From positions 289,168,001 through 289,232,000 of the forward strand of contig OZ024742.1 in the NCBI GenBank assembly GCA_964016885.1: a stretch of DNA of 64,000 bases, in the 5' to 3' direction. The notes beneath the pieces were generated by a model. That model saw nothing but the letters and a program-made list of their open reading frames with translations. It ran no database searches and was not told the origin of the DNA. The position numbers and the translations under genes are program-made. Shown here in pieces: positions 12,002-25,474 of the stretch. The stretch comes from Eledone cirrhosa (lineage: Eukaryota). The first letter of the stretch is position 1. Each line of letters opens with the position of its first letter.

Positions 12002-12739
12002 CATGTACATTGACAAAGAAAATCAGAAAGTAAGTAAATGAACTTAAAATTTTAAATTAGTAGAGCTGGTTCAAGGTTCTAACGGTGATTATCTTTAGCA
12101 CTCTGGTTGACATGCACATTTGTTAGACAATATGATTAATAATTTCATCAAAATGTATTTAATTAAAATATATATTTAAAGTGGCTGGAACCTGTTGAAG
12201 AGATGAAACCAGGAAGACTAGGAATGTTATAGTGAAGACTGACCTTAAGAAACTAAGCCTCACAACTGAGATGACAAAGAATTGAGAGGGCTGGCGCTAT
12301 AGCTATACTGTGGTGATGGAGCAAGCATACAATACAATATGATCTGACCTATTCATATGTCCCTCCCCCCTCCACTGGCACTCATCAGCAGCTATCTTCA
12401 CCACCACCTATACCTCCTCCAGAACCACTCCTTAGCTATATATATATATAGAGAGAGGGGGAGAGAGCAAGAAAGTCTTTCACCAAACATGACACAGAAA
12501 CAACAATGGTATTTCTATACTTCCCACAGAAGGAAATGCTCTGGAAGCCAGAAATTGTTTAACATTTACTAAGTTGTCATTCTCAACCATGTGGTTCTGA
12601 GTTTGGTCAAGTATCTTTTACCAAAGCACTTGTGAGTGGAATTTGATTGATGAAAACTGCAAAAGCTTGTCCCATAGGTCTATGTATATATGTATATATA
12701 TATATATATATATACGCTGAAGGCCTAACTTTCATAGTC

Positions 12740-13570
12740 ATTTTATAACAGAATTAGAGAAGAAATTTAAGACATGAAGGAATAAGTTGGAAATACAAGG
12801 CCTTAAAGTCAACCTGGCAAAGACCAAAATCCTAGTGAGTAGAAAAGAAAACAAGGCTCTGATCCCCACAGGGAAATAGCCCTGCTCTGTATGCAGGAAA
12901 GTAGTAGGTAAAAATTCAATCCAGTGACCCAAATGCAAACTGTGGTTACACAAGAGGTGTAGTGGGAAATCAGACAGGCTAACAAAAAACACAGACTTCA
13001 TATGTAGACGCTGCACAGGGGTAGTAAGCAAAGACCCTCAGGAAACAAGCTCCTTTAAATATACAAAGGACCCTGTAGAAATAGTCAGTAGCTTCTGCTA
13101 CCAGGGCACCCAAATCAGCAGCAGAGGTACAGGCTAGAAGACATTTAGAGACCTGATACCTCTGCTAACAACAAGGGGCTTCTCACTCAGAGGGAAGAGT
13201 AGACTGTATGATGCATGCATGCAAACTGCAATGCTACATTGCAGTGGAACATGGGCCTTGACCACAGAAGACCTGCAAAGGCAGGAAATAAATAAAGCAA
13301 GTATGCTTCGATGGATGTGTAATGTTAGCATAAGTGAACTGAGAGAAAAACTCGACATAAGAGGAATTGGATGTAGTGCAAGAGAGAAGATCGTGTTGGT
13401 ATGGAAGATAGCAGCTGCATAAAGGAATGCACAGAAATTCCAGTGGCTGGAACCTGTAGAAGAGATGGAACCAGAAAGACTAGGAATGAGGTAGTGAAGA
13501 GTGACCTTAAGAAACGAAGCCTCACAACTGAGATGGCAAAGGATTGAGAGGGCTCGTGCTATACTGTAAT
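12740..13570 (+). mobile_element. Old degenerate copy of the PHD-containing RTE LINE
   Basis: Stop-disrupted match to the 54924 ORF (LEKKFKT...GLKVNLAKTK...CSVCRK...HKRCSG...MLHCSGTWALT). Confidence 0.8.
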
Positions 13571-13639
13571 GATAGAGACGCAGCCACAAACATTCAATAT
13601 GATCTGACCCATCCATGTGTCCCTCCTTCCTCCTACTAC

Positions 13640-14570
13640 CATTGGATTCAGAAATATCTCTAAGGATTCAAAAGACAGCAAAATATTTTGGTAGTTTAGA
13701 GTCTCAGGTTTGGTTACAAAGACTTATCAAGGATGAAACAAAACTATATGTTATAGATCCTATGTGTTATCCTCTCTTCTGTACTCTTCTGAAATTTGGT
13801 CATGTTACAAATATTAGTTTAGACTCCTGGAACGATTCCACCAAAAATGTTTATGCCATGTACTGAAAATAAAATGGAACTCATTCACTCCCAACTCTGA
13901 TGTTCTAGGTGCATCTGGTTTTTGTTCCATTCAAGCAATAATTTTGAAAAACCAACTGCAATGGTCTGGACGGATTGTCCACGTGATTGACGAATGTACC
14001 TCTAAGCAACTGTGTTATGGGGAACTTGCTCAGAGAAAAAGGAAATTGAGTAAGCCAAAGAAAAAGTTCAAGGATTCATTGAAGGAGAACTTGAAGAATG
14101 TAGGAATTGATCCCCCAAACCTGGATATCTCACAGTGGATCACTCTACCTGGCATTCAAAAATATGGAATGGTATACAAACCTTTGAACAAAACAAGCTA
14201 ATGCATATAAATATTAAGAGGAATATAAACAAAAAATCAGCCAGTAAGGTAATATGAAATTATGGAACTTTTTTTAATTGTACAGTTTGTGGTAAAATCT
14301 GTGTTAGGGGTTGGATTTCAATCTCACATAAGAGCACACAATAGGCTACTTTCTACTGACTACAGAACATACCTACAAGTTCACCCTTAGCAATACCACA
14401 AGATCTGCAAATCTTAAGGATGTCTAAAGAGATATTTCAAAGTTCATCAACAGCAGACAACACAGGCAGTTCAAGCTGCACAAAAACTAATGTGCAATTT
14501 ATGTGGATGGCTCTTTAGAAGTATGTCTAGACTAAAAAGTCACATAAGCTCTCATGACAGAACTGAGCAT
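13640..14570 (+). mobile_element. Degenerate RTE LINE 3' region (different family)
   Basis: DSEISLRIQKTAKYFGSL, QLQWSGRIVHV...KQLCYGELAQRKR...PKKKFKDSLKENLK. Confidence 0.65.
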
Positions 14571-15192
14571 CATATACACTGAAGTGGTCAAGCTTTGTAT
14601 TGAGCTGACAACCAGTATATATATATGTGTGTCATTATTATCACCGTTTTACGTCCATTCTTCCATGCTAGCATGGGTTAGACAGGTTGTCTTGTTGTGG
14701 GCAATGCCAGATCGGGTGACCTTGTCTTGTTCATATGGAAACTGATTTTGGCTTGATTTCTACAGCTAGATGCCCTTCCTAACACCAACCTCATTTACAG
14801 TAAGTACTGGCTGCTTTTTTGCCATGGCATCTACACGATCACTTTACAGTGTGAGCTGGGTGTTTTTTTGTCGTGACACCTCCACGACAATTTTGCAGTG
14901 AGAGGGGATGGGGGCATATTGTCTATATGCTTCAGCTTTGGCTTGTACCTGTGGGAAGTTGGGTCTTCTGTATTACTGTGTGATGCCAGAGGTCACAGTC
15001 CTGTATATATATATATATATATATATAAAATTAGAATTGGTGCTCTGAAATAGCGATATATATATGAATGTATATATAGTGTATTTTGCAACACACTGTA
15101 TGCTTAATTAAAAGCATTTTGAAGACCATACGCTATTGTTTTAAAGTAGCGACATTGTCGCTTACTTAAATTTTTGGCAGACAGGGGGAGAT

Positions 15193-15237
15193 AAGTTGAC
15201 AGCGCTGTTTCGTACTTTTTGGTACTTGTCAAAACTC
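15193..15237 (-). ncRNA. Type I hammerhead ribozyme, U3-A8 core variant (copy A)
   Basis: Minus strand: gagtt UUGACAA gtac-caaaaa-gtac GAAA cagcgctg UC aactt; stems I and II pair and stem III is palindromic. Confidence 0.72.
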
Positions 15238-15348
15238 AATACTCTCCCCGTCTGCCGAAAATTATGTGTTGGGTTCTTATAGAATTCCAGTAACAATCAG
15301 GAACTGATTTTACAGAGCGGTCGCCGGCCCAGCAAAAATTGAAAATTA

Positions 15349-15393
15349 GAATTGACAGCGCTGTTTCGTACTTTTTGGTACTTATCAAAACTC
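15349..15393 (-). ncRNA. Type I hammerhead ribozyme, U3-A8 core variant (copy B)
   Basis: Minus strand: gagtt UUGAUAA gtac-caaaaa-gtac GAAA cagcgctg UC aattc. Confidence 0.72.
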
Positions 15394-16119
15394 ACGGCCA
15401 CCGCTCTGTAAAATCAGTTCCTGATTACATAATTTATGTACTAAATTTCGTACTAAATTTTGTAACTAAATTTCGTTAACATAAATAATTTAAAATTGAC
15501 TTCTTTTCAAAATTCAAATTTCTACACTTCCGGTATATCGTCGCCACCACCACCACATCAACTACCATATATATAGAAAGAGAGAGTGTGTGATGAAAGA
15601 GATAGAGAGATTATGATTTTCTACACGCTGACGCGTATGAGTGTGCACATACATGCATCTATATGTATGAGTATATAACTATTATGAGTATATAACTATA
15701 ATCGCGCAAACATAAACTTATAAAATTACATGGACATACATTCACACAAATACACATACTTTCACACAAACATTCATACATTTACACAAACACATAGTCA
15801 TGATAGCAGCGTTCGGTGAATTGGAAATGGGAGGGTAAAACAAGTATAACGTTTTATTTATTTATTAACTCTTTATTTATTTATTAACTCTTTTTTTTTT
15901 AAACTCATTTAATATAATGGTTACAGAACGAAAACACTAACAAATATAATATATACAAAGGAAAGGGAAAGGAAAAAAAGAAAGAGAAAAATACACAAGC
16001 AGGTAATACACACATCTTAGACCCCAGAACAATATGCAGGCAAAAGAGTGGGAAAACGAGCCACTACCAGAGCAAAAGATAGCAATATAGCGAGGAGCAC
16101 TGGGAAACCTCTCTAATAA

Positions 16120-16560
16120 TTTTTGAGGCAGGCCAGCATGCTCGCAACGTTACCTGGGGTGATGGCGACGCTGAGGTGCTAGAACAACTAAGTGCATGCA
16201 CGAGCATCACCAGTTACCTCTGTTTGGCGAGCCGCCAGTGAAGATAAGAATCTCGCTGTCAGTAGCCTGACTCTCCCACACATCTTGAACGCCACAGGCT
16301 AGATAATGTAGTTAGCTGACAGAGCATGGTATTTTAGGATTTTGTTCCGTTCAGCTGCGGATGCTGTAGCCCTTACCGCTGCATCCAGAATATGGGAAGA
16401 AGCAAAAGAGTCACTAACTGTGATGTCCCAGGTAAGGCACCTGCCTCTTGACCAGGAGCACAGAGTAAGACCGTCAAGTCTTTTCCCATCAATTCAGGAC
16501 AACCTAGACGGTTCCAAAATTGAGGGGATGTTTGCCTGGGCCAAAGCTCTTGAGTGGTAA
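16120..16560 (-). mobile_element. CRE-like non-LTR retrotransposon 3' fragment (RLE domain)
   Basis: Minus translation DGLTLCSWSRGRCLTWDITVSDSFASS...AAERNKILKYHAL. Confidence 0.7.
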
Positions 16561-16699
16561 TAGGACAGTGTGTGTATGTGCGTGCGTGTGAGTTTATCAG
16601 CGTTCTTAAATAAATGTGTGTGTGTCACTGTTTTTAAGTCAGACATATGTATGTGTGTATCCTTTCCTTTCTTTTACACACACATACATTCACACATAC

Positions 16700-17352
16700 A
16701 CATTGCGTGATGGACGGGTGGACAGAAGTCCCTCAAATTTAGTTCAAGTATCTTGGGGCCATGTTCATGAGTGATGGAATGCAGGAGGCTGAATTAAATG
16801 CAAGAATTGCAAAAGCTGATGCAGTAATGCGCCAGCCTCAGCATTCAGCAATCAGATGGGGGGGGGGGTGTGTAAAAGCCAAACTCGCTGTCTTCCTGGT
16901 GTTCCTGCCAACTCTTACCGAGGATCATGAATCTTGAGTAATGACCAAAAGAATACAATTGCAAATAAAAGCGGCAGAAATGGGATTCCTCCGAAGGGTC
17001 TTTGGAGTAACGTTACCCGATAAAGTGCATAACTCAGAGACCAGAGAGTTACTCCTGGTAGAGCCGCTACTTCTCCGAATTGAGAGATCACAACTCCGAT
17101 ATTATGAGCATGTGGTTAGAATATCTCAGTAAAGAATTGCTGGACACATTTTACAGGCAAAACCAACCGGCAAGAGACCCAGAGGTAGACCCTGAGCAAG
17201 ATAGTTGGATAACATTCATGAGCTTGGCTGGTCACACTTTGGGATCCAGCTGGATCAGTTAGAGATGTTTGCTACTGACAGACTCGCTGAAAGGAGTGTT
17301 TGAGAAGGACTCTGCCTCCACGACCCTCTCAGAAATAAGTGGGTGAAGAAGA
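16700..17352 (+). mobile_element. Degenerate RTE LINE 3' fragment
   Basis: FKYLG..., IKAAEMGFLRRVFGVTLPDKVHNSETRELL...IERSQLRYYEHVVRI; (GAA)n end. Confidence 0.75.
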
Positions 17353-17649
17353 TATTGTCAATTTACATATATATATTTGCATATAATACCAATATGCACA
17401 CTACATATGCTAGCAGAAAACCCCCCGAGGGCGGTTCTTCTGCTAGTATATATAATGGAAACTGCTGAATCCCTCTATTGCTACTCAGAGTTTCTCATTG
17501 TCCAGTCAAGATTTCACTGTTCAATAAATTTTCATCAGATTAATTTATCGATTTCATTGATCTAATATCAATTTAGATCAATTAGCACAGACATTGCTAC
17601 ATATTCAACATGGCCGACAATCTAAACTTCCGCCATTACACAGTTACAG

Positions 17650-18267
17650 TTTTTGTTGATGGTGGTGATGGTGGTTGTGGTATTGTTACTGTTGTTGTTA
17701 TTGTTGTTATTACTGTTGTTGTTGCTGCTGCACTTCTTACTGCTTTTGTTGCTATTGTTGTTATTTTTATTATTGTTGTTACTAATGTTGTTGCTGCTAT
17801 TGTTACTGCTGTTATTGTTGCTACTGTTGTTATTGTTGCTGCTGCTCCTGTTATTGTTACTACTGTTGTTATTGCTGCTATTATTATTGTGGTTACTGTT
17901 GTTGTTGCTGCTACTATTATTGCTGCTGTTATTGTTGCTACTGTTGTTGCTGTTATTGTTGCTATTGTTGTTTTTGTTGCTATTATTGTTGTCATTACTG
18001 TTGTTGTTGCTGCTGTTATTGTTGCTATTATTGTTGTTGTTACTGTTGTTGTTGCTATTATTGTTGCTGCTGTTATTGTTCTTACTGTTGTTGTTGTTGC
18101 TGCTATTGTTACTGTTGCTGCTGCTATTGTTACTGTTGTTATTGTGGCTACTATTGTTGTTGTTACTGTTGTTATTGTTGTTGCCATTGCTACTGTTGTT
18201 GTTGTTGTTGTTGTTACTGTTGTTGCCATTGCTACTGTTGTTGTCATTGTTACTGTTGTTGTTGTAG
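17650..18267. repeat. Compound (GTT/GCT/ATT/ACT)n trinucleotide repeat
   Basis: Low complexity; generates poly-L, poly-V and poly-N ORFs in several frames. Confidence 0.95.
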
Positions 18268-18779
18268 TCCCAATCTTCCTGCAACTATTGATTCTATCTT
18301 CTACACACTGGTTGCCCTTTCAACCAAATACATTTCTCAGATTTTCAAACATCGCCTTTTCTTTTCATCTTCCCAAGATCGATAAGATGATGTATCAGTC
18401 ATTGACCCAGCCTCTCCAGCCTCACTCAACATATCTGAGAAATCTCCATTATTACTACAACTATTATTGGGTTTAAAGAATCATTTGAGCAGCAGACAAA
18501 ATACTTTGTGGTATTTGTTCCAGTTCTTTATGTTCAAATCTTGCTGAGGTCAACTTTGCCTTTCATTCTGCCAGAATTTATTATCATTCCCAGAGGATCT
18601 ATTATTATAGGGATTGTTCCTGTTCTAATCATCTATACTGAGGTTTTTTATCTCCAGATTATAAGATTTTGATAATTTCTTCATTTCTTCTACTTTTTCT
18701 TCTTTTTTCTTTACTCACCATTTCATTGTTTTTGTGCCAGTATTTGATTTCTAGATATGCTAGATACATAGCTCTCTCC

Positions 18780-19660
18780 TGCAGACTTAGGTATCTAGCA
18801 CCTTTCTTATGGTTCTTGTGCCAACAAAAAAAAGCCTCTTGTGGAGTTAAGAAATTCACCTCAATATCTAATATCTTCAACCAAACATTCAAACTTCTAT
18901 CCACTGCCCCTAATATAAGGGGGATGATAACGTTTTGGCAAGATACTCTGTATTTCGTATTTCAAATCTTAGTACTTTTCTGTTTTCTTGCATTCTTTGT
19001 CTTCCATTCTAGTATCAAATGGGCAAACAATATTGATTAATCAATGTGTTCTTTCTTTATTATTGAATATAACAATATCTGTGTGAGAATGCTCCATTTG
19101 TTTATCTATTTGAATCTTCATGGAAGGAAGTCACAGAAGAGGTAGACCGAGAAAGACCTAAGCAGAGGTGGTGAGAACTGACCTCTAGGATGCTTTCTTT
19201 ATCCATATACCTTCTGATATTTTCTTTTCTAATTGCCTGATCCTGTGCAGCTAAGATCAAGCCCTCTGTCTCTCTCTTCAGACCTTCCTTTTTTAGCCAT
19301 TGGAATGATTTTTCATCTCGATATCCTTCAGTATTTTGGAAAAACTTTCCATGTAAGCTTTTCTGCTTATATTGTTGCTTTCTAGTTTTCAGCACTTCAC
19401 TTTTTTCTTTTCCTTCACTTAGTATCTCTTCTCAAACTGCTATTAGGAGCAGCTCTTCACAATCAGCAACATCAGGTTCTCTACTTCTATCTTCACACAG
19501 TCTTCTTCACTTATCAGCCCCTCCTCTCTCTCCTCTTTCTGTTGAAATATAGCCTGTCAACGTCTGCCTGTAGGTGAAATACTTTCCATGTCAGCTTTTC
19601 TGCTTATATTGTTGCTTTCTAGTTTTCAGGACTTCACTTTTTCCCTTTCCTTCACTTTGT
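18780..19660 (-). mobile_element. R4/Dong-clade non-LTR retrotransposon 3' fragment
   Basis: KQKSLHGKFF...SFQWLKKEGLKRETEGLILAAQDQAIR, then DIVIF...INIVCPFDTR..DKECKKTEKY*DLKYEI (RLE domain). Confidence 0.75.
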
Positions 19661-20189
19661 TAACCCTTTAGTTACCAACCTGGCCAAAACCGGCTCTGGT
19701 TCTATGAAATAATGTCACCCATTTTAAAGGTTTCTAATTTAAATTTAAGTCCTCCAACATAATTTTATATAAGAACCTTACATTGAACTATTATCTTGGT
19801 AATGATACAATTAATAATTTTAGTAAATCCCTCAAAATTCTTCCTCAATTAATTGAAATAGACTGTATTTCATAAGAAATATTGTGTCACCCTATGTCAC
19901 TTTTTGGTTGGATTCCCCCATCACCTGCCCCAATAGGGATGGGCAGGATTCTCACACCCCCTATCCTCCCCTCTCTGCATGCTACTGCTTCTACTTATGT
20001 AAGAAACATTTATTTGCTGGACAAAGTGCTTCAGTAGATCAGGTTGTGGTCTTTTATGTTCTGGGTTCAAATCCAACCATGGTCAACATTATCCTTCATC
20101 TTCCAGGAATTGTTAACATAAACTGCTAGGCAAGTGTTGGGGTTTATTTGATTCACTGATTAATGTGGCCTAGGGTCCCTCTGAAAACT

Positions 20190-21389
20190 TATTGTTATTG
20201 TTGTTGCAGTTGTTGTTTGTGTTGGCAGTATTGTTAATGATGGCAGGAGTGTTGGTGATGGTGTTGTTGGTGGTGTTGTTGTTGGTGATGGTGTTGGTGG
20301 TATTGATGATGGTAGGGGTGTTGGCGGTGTTGTTAGTGGCATTGTTGATGATGGTAGGAGTGTTGGTAGAGATGTTGGTGGTATTGTTGATGATGGTGGG
20401 GGTGTTGATGGCATTGTTGTTAGTGGTGTTGATGTGATGGTGGGAGTGTTAGTGGTGTTGTTGGTAGAGATGTTGGTGGTATTGTTGATGATGGTGGGGG
20501 TGTTGATGGCATTGTTGTTAGTGGTATTGTTGTGATGGTGGGAGTGTTAGTGGTGTTGTTGGTAGAGATGTTGGTGGTATTGTTGATGATGGTGGGGGTG
20601 TTGATGGCATTGTTGTTAGTGGTATTGTTGTGATGGTGGGAGTGTTAGTGGTGTTGTTGGTAGAGATGTTGGTGGTATTGTTGATGATGGTGGGGGTGTT
20701 GATGGCATTGTTGTTAGTGGTATTGTTGTGATGGTGGGAGTGTTAGTGGTGTTGTTGGTAGAGATGTTGGTGGTATTGTTGATGATGGTGGGGGTGTTGA
20801 TGGCATTGTTGTGATGGTGGGAGTGTTAGTGGTGTTGTTGGTACAACACCAACACCAACTCCACCAACACCACCAAGAACACCAACAACAACAACAACAC
20901 TACCACCACCAACAACAACATTAACACCAGCAACACCAACATCACCACTAACAACAACTATAACACCAACACCATCATCAACAACAACATTAACACTGGC
21001 ACCACCACCAACAACAACAACATTAACACCAACACCAACAACACCACCACCAACATCACCACTACCACCACCATCACCAACAACAACACCACCACCACCA
21101 AGACCACCACCATCACCAACAACACCACCTCCACTACCAACACCAACACCACCAACACCACCACCAACACCACCACCAACATCAACACTACCACCATCAA
21201 CACTACCACCACCACCACCACCACCACCACCATCAACACCACCGCCACCACCAACAATAAGCAATAAAGTTGCTTGTTGATACCAAATACCAGCCAAGGT
21301 TGCTGCTAATCGATATAAAAAGCCAATAGCTGCTTGGTTCTTGTAAAACATCGATATATTCATGGCTGATGTTACAACAACAACAACAA

Positions 21390-21421
<32 letters not shown>

Positions 21422-21500
21422 GCAACAGTAACAACATCAACAATACATCATCACTGTCATCAACAACAATACCAGCAGCAATGACAACAATAACAAAAAA
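20190..21500. repeat. GGT/GTT-rich repeat with a 96-bp tandem unit that flips to the complementary CCA/CAA-rich form at ~20842
   Basis: Unit gtgatggtgggagtgttagtggtgttgttggtagagatg... recurs every 96 bp; strand switch at ggtgttgttggtacaacaccaacacc. Confidence 0.85.
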
Positions 21501-21684
21501 CTCAGGACAACAATCAGAAATCATATAGATTATATTGCCGATCGCATTAAATACAATGTGAAGGGTGGCAGAAATCAATACAATATATACATCTGGTTAT
21601 TGATTATGTTTTTGTTGTTGTGGTGGTTGATTAGTATTGTATGTGGTTAGTAGGTTCTGTTTGGTGAATTATGGTATGTGTTTA

Positions 21685-22157
21685 GTAGGTTACGGTTAGT
21701 GGGTTGTGGTTAATGGGTTGTGATTAATGGGCTGCGTTTAATGGGCTGTAGTTAGTGGGTTGTGTTTAATGGATGTGGTTAATGGTATGTAATTAATAGG
21801 TTGTGGTTAATGGGTTGTGGTTAATGGGTCACGGTTAATAGGTTGTGGTTAACGGGTTATGGTTAGCAGGTTGGGGTTAGTTAGTGTTGGTTAATGGGTT
21901 ATGTTTAATGGTTTGTAGTTAGTGGGTTGTGGTTAATAGGCTGAGGGTTAGTGGGTTGTGGTTAGCAGGTTGTGGTTAACAGGTTGTGGTTAACGGGTTG
22001 TGGTTAGTTAGTTGTGGTTAACGGGTTGTGATTAGTGGGTTGTGGCTAGTTAGTTGTTTTTAATGGGTTGAAGTTAGTGGGTTGTGGTTAGAGGGTTGTG
22101 GTTAATGGGTTGTGGTTAGTGGGTTGTGGTTAGTTAGTTGTGGTTAATGGGTTGTGT
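21685..22157. repeat. 15-bp G-rich minisatellite (gggttgtggttaatg-like)
   Basis: About 30 degenerate units. Confidence 0.85.
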
Positions 22158-24559
22158 TTTGTGTGTGTCAAGTGTGGAGGGATTTGACAGGACGAGGAGT
22201 AGTGGATGCGATGGGAGGAGACCTCTGTGCCATGTGGATGGTATTGTGGTGATGGCAGGGACTAGGAAGAGTGACTATGACAGGTGTGCCAGGGTTTAGT
22301 GATCCAGAATAGAATTGGAGGATGGGTAGGCAGTGTGTGTGTGGGAGGGGGGAGATTAAGATTTAAGAGGGGTGGAGGTGATCTTGGATAGAAATGGGGT
22401 AGAGGTATACTGAGATGCTGAGAATAGCTACTAAAGGGTAAGGTAAGGGTAGTTGTAAATATATATATATATCATCATCATCATCATCATTACCATTTTA
22501 CGTCTGTTCTTCCACGCTAGCATGGGTTAGACGGGTTGTCCTGTTGTGGGCAGTGTCCGGTCGGCTGACCTTGTCTTGCTCGTACTGGAACTGATTCTGG
22601 CTTAATTTCTACAGCTGGATGCCCTTCCTAACACCAACCTCATTTACAGTGAGTGCTGGGTGCTTTTTTCCGTGGCGCCTACACGTCCACTTTACAGTGT
22701 GGGCTGGGTGCTTTTTTGCCGTGGCACCTCCCCAACCACTTTGCAGTGGACCCAGCTCAGTCTGTAAAGTGATCATGTTGGTACCACCATAAAAATCTCA
22801 GTTCACTCTGTTTTACAGTTGGACACCCTTCTTGATGCCAACCTTTTTGCCACCTACAAAATGCAGAAACATGAACTACTAAACACCAGTATATACACAG
22901 ACATAAAACAGAACTAATAAACTGAGAGATGAGAACCTATGTGTGGTTTAATTATTTTCTATCAGCACCATTATTACTAACTACTACCAACATCATAGAT
23001 TTTGCTCTTCAAGTAGAATTGTTCATATTAAAACAAAACCAGTAACTTTATTCTGGAGTTAGATAAGATTGTTATTATTGCTTACTTTAATTTTTTACTA
23101 TCTAAATCGATAAGATCCCACATCTCATTCATTTACTGAGCGAGGTGGAACTCATCAGATCGGACCATGGAAACAATGTTTACATTGGTCTTTCCAATTG
23201 CTAATACTGTCTACTGGTTGAAACATGAAATAAAGTGTCTTGCTCAAGGACTAACACATTTCCTGGTCCAGGAATTGAAATCACAACCTCACAATTGTGA
23301 ATCCAACTCTAACCACTAAGCCATGTGTCTTCACTTTAATAATTAAACAAAGACATTTTCATCTTTATTTTACATTTGTTTGTGCTGTGTTGACACGAGT
23401 TGTCCAGGTATTTACTTGTAGTTATTCTTGATTTATCAGACAATTACATCTTGTTCATACAATGCTATTTTGGCAGGTTTTACAGCTGAATGGTACTGTT
23501 CCCAACACCAACTTTACAGAATGTAGTGGGTGAATTTTTCATGGCTCCATCACTACGCGACTGAGGAGTTCTCTCTACCCTACATTGTTACCATTTGATA
23601 GCCAAGCGCTTTACAGTGTATTGAATGCATCTTATTGTGGTACCAACACTAGAGTTTTCTCTACCCTTTATTATCATTTGTCAACCACATCTAGTTGAAA
23701 AAGGTTACCTAATGAAGTAACAGAAAAAAAAAGTCTAAAGTCTGTCTCAGCTGAATATACTGGAGCAACGTGAAATGAAGTGTATTGTTCAAGAACGCAA
23801 CACAAGACCCATCCCAAGAGTCAAACCCACATCATTATGATTGTAGATCTAACACCCTTACCTAGTGGCCACATGCACAGAACTTTAAAAATAAATAGGA
23901 TAGATAAGATTATCAGAAGATTGTTGGATTTTTAAAAATTAAGCCTTCCAAACAAACAGTACAAATATTGCAAGAGAACAAAAGAGAACAAATTTATATA
24001 TATACTATATATTTGAGTATGTATGCATCCAAAAGGCTCCTAAATGGTGCAACCTACAAAAAAACAGATTTGATTTTCGACATCTGTGCCCCAAGATGAA
24101 TATTTTTGGTTATTAGTAATCAACAAATATAATTTGCTAAGAGAAATAACTTCAAGATCTCCAAATTCGAATGTCTTTAGAAGCTGCCATCATTTCTATC
24201 AACGAAAATATCCAATAATACACAAAGTGAAAAGGTGACAGATAGCCAATCAGATTAGTGGATGGGTTTTTCATCATCTGTCAAAATGCTCTTCTGTCTG
24301 TCTTCCATTGTGTCCTTGAGCAAGACACTTTATTTCACATTGCTCCAGTTCAATTTCCATAGAAACCACCTTGGGGACGATTGACAATTCATAAGGACAG
24401 CCCACAGGGAATAAGTAATAAGAGATGAGGTATGGAGGAGACATGGTCTCACATGGAATAAAAAAAATTGAAAGATATTCTATGGTGATAATTGCCCAGC
24501 AATAATTGATGAAATCCAATAATTGATGAAATCCAAGAAAAATTTGACAATGAAATGAT

Positions 24560-25474
24560 AAATCAAGAGCTGTTAAAAAGAATTCCAGGGGTTTCCAAGC
24601 TCTATTTATTTGATGACACTGTGGGGGAACAGTCAGACACTGTCATTACCCGATAGAGTTCCTCAACTCTTTAGAACCATCAGGAGTGACTCCACATGTC
24701 CTTGACTTTAAAGAAGGAGCATCCATTTCTGTTATTGAGAAATTTGTACCCATGTTGGCTATACAACAGCACTTGTTTGGTTGTGAAGAAAATGTATCCA
24801 CCCGTGATTTAAGCCACCATTTCAACAGGATGTGGTAAGGGAGAAACTGTGTTCATCCCCAAAATTCCTCTGATCCCCACTGATGTCCCATATGAAATCA
24901 AACAACTTCAATTTCCAGTGAGTCTTAGTTTTGCCATGACCATCAACAAATTGCAAGGGCTAACATTTTTGGTTGCTTGTTTACGTCTTGAAGAGTCTTG
25001 CTTTAGCCCTGGTCAGCTTCATGTCGGATGTTCAAAAGTAGAAAGTAAGAAACATCTTTACATTAATGTACCAAATGCCCCCCCCCCCCCCCCCCCCCAA
25101 AAAAAAAGAAACAATTTATCAAAAACTGATAGGTTTCCCCAAATAATGCAGAAATCTTTCCTGATCAAGAGGTCTATCCATCAAAGAAGACCTTATTGAA
25201 GAAAAGAGAAAGAAAAGAATTCCTTTTATATATAAATCTGAATACTTGCACTCTTATTAAATCAGCTTTACCTTACTATTTATTATTGCCATGTTTTTCT
25301 TACCCAACCCATCAGATAAACAAAATACAGTTAGTTTTGGTGAAATCTCTGCCTCAATAAGTAATGGGAGACGAGGCACAAGGGAGACATGGTCTGACAT
25401 AGATACAAAAAAACAATTGGAAGAAAGGCATTCTATGGTGAAAATTTCTCAGCAATGTCAGTCAACTTTGCTAG
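24560..25474 (+). mobile_element. Helitron remnant (PIF1-like helicase C-terminus and CTAG 3' end)
   Basis: YPIEFLNSLEPSGVTPHVL..., VFIPKIPLIPTDVPYEIKQLQFPVSLSFAMTINKLQGLT...CFSPGQLHVGCSKV; ends ...actttgCTAG|tata. Confidence 0.8.

Noticed and set aside
17610-18476. Hydrophobic 288-aa, poly-N and poly-L ORFs
   Set aside because: Trinucleotide microsatellite that is open in several frames
21685-22157. Possible interstitial telomeric repeat
   Set aside because: The period is 15 bp and TTAGGG units are not present as an array
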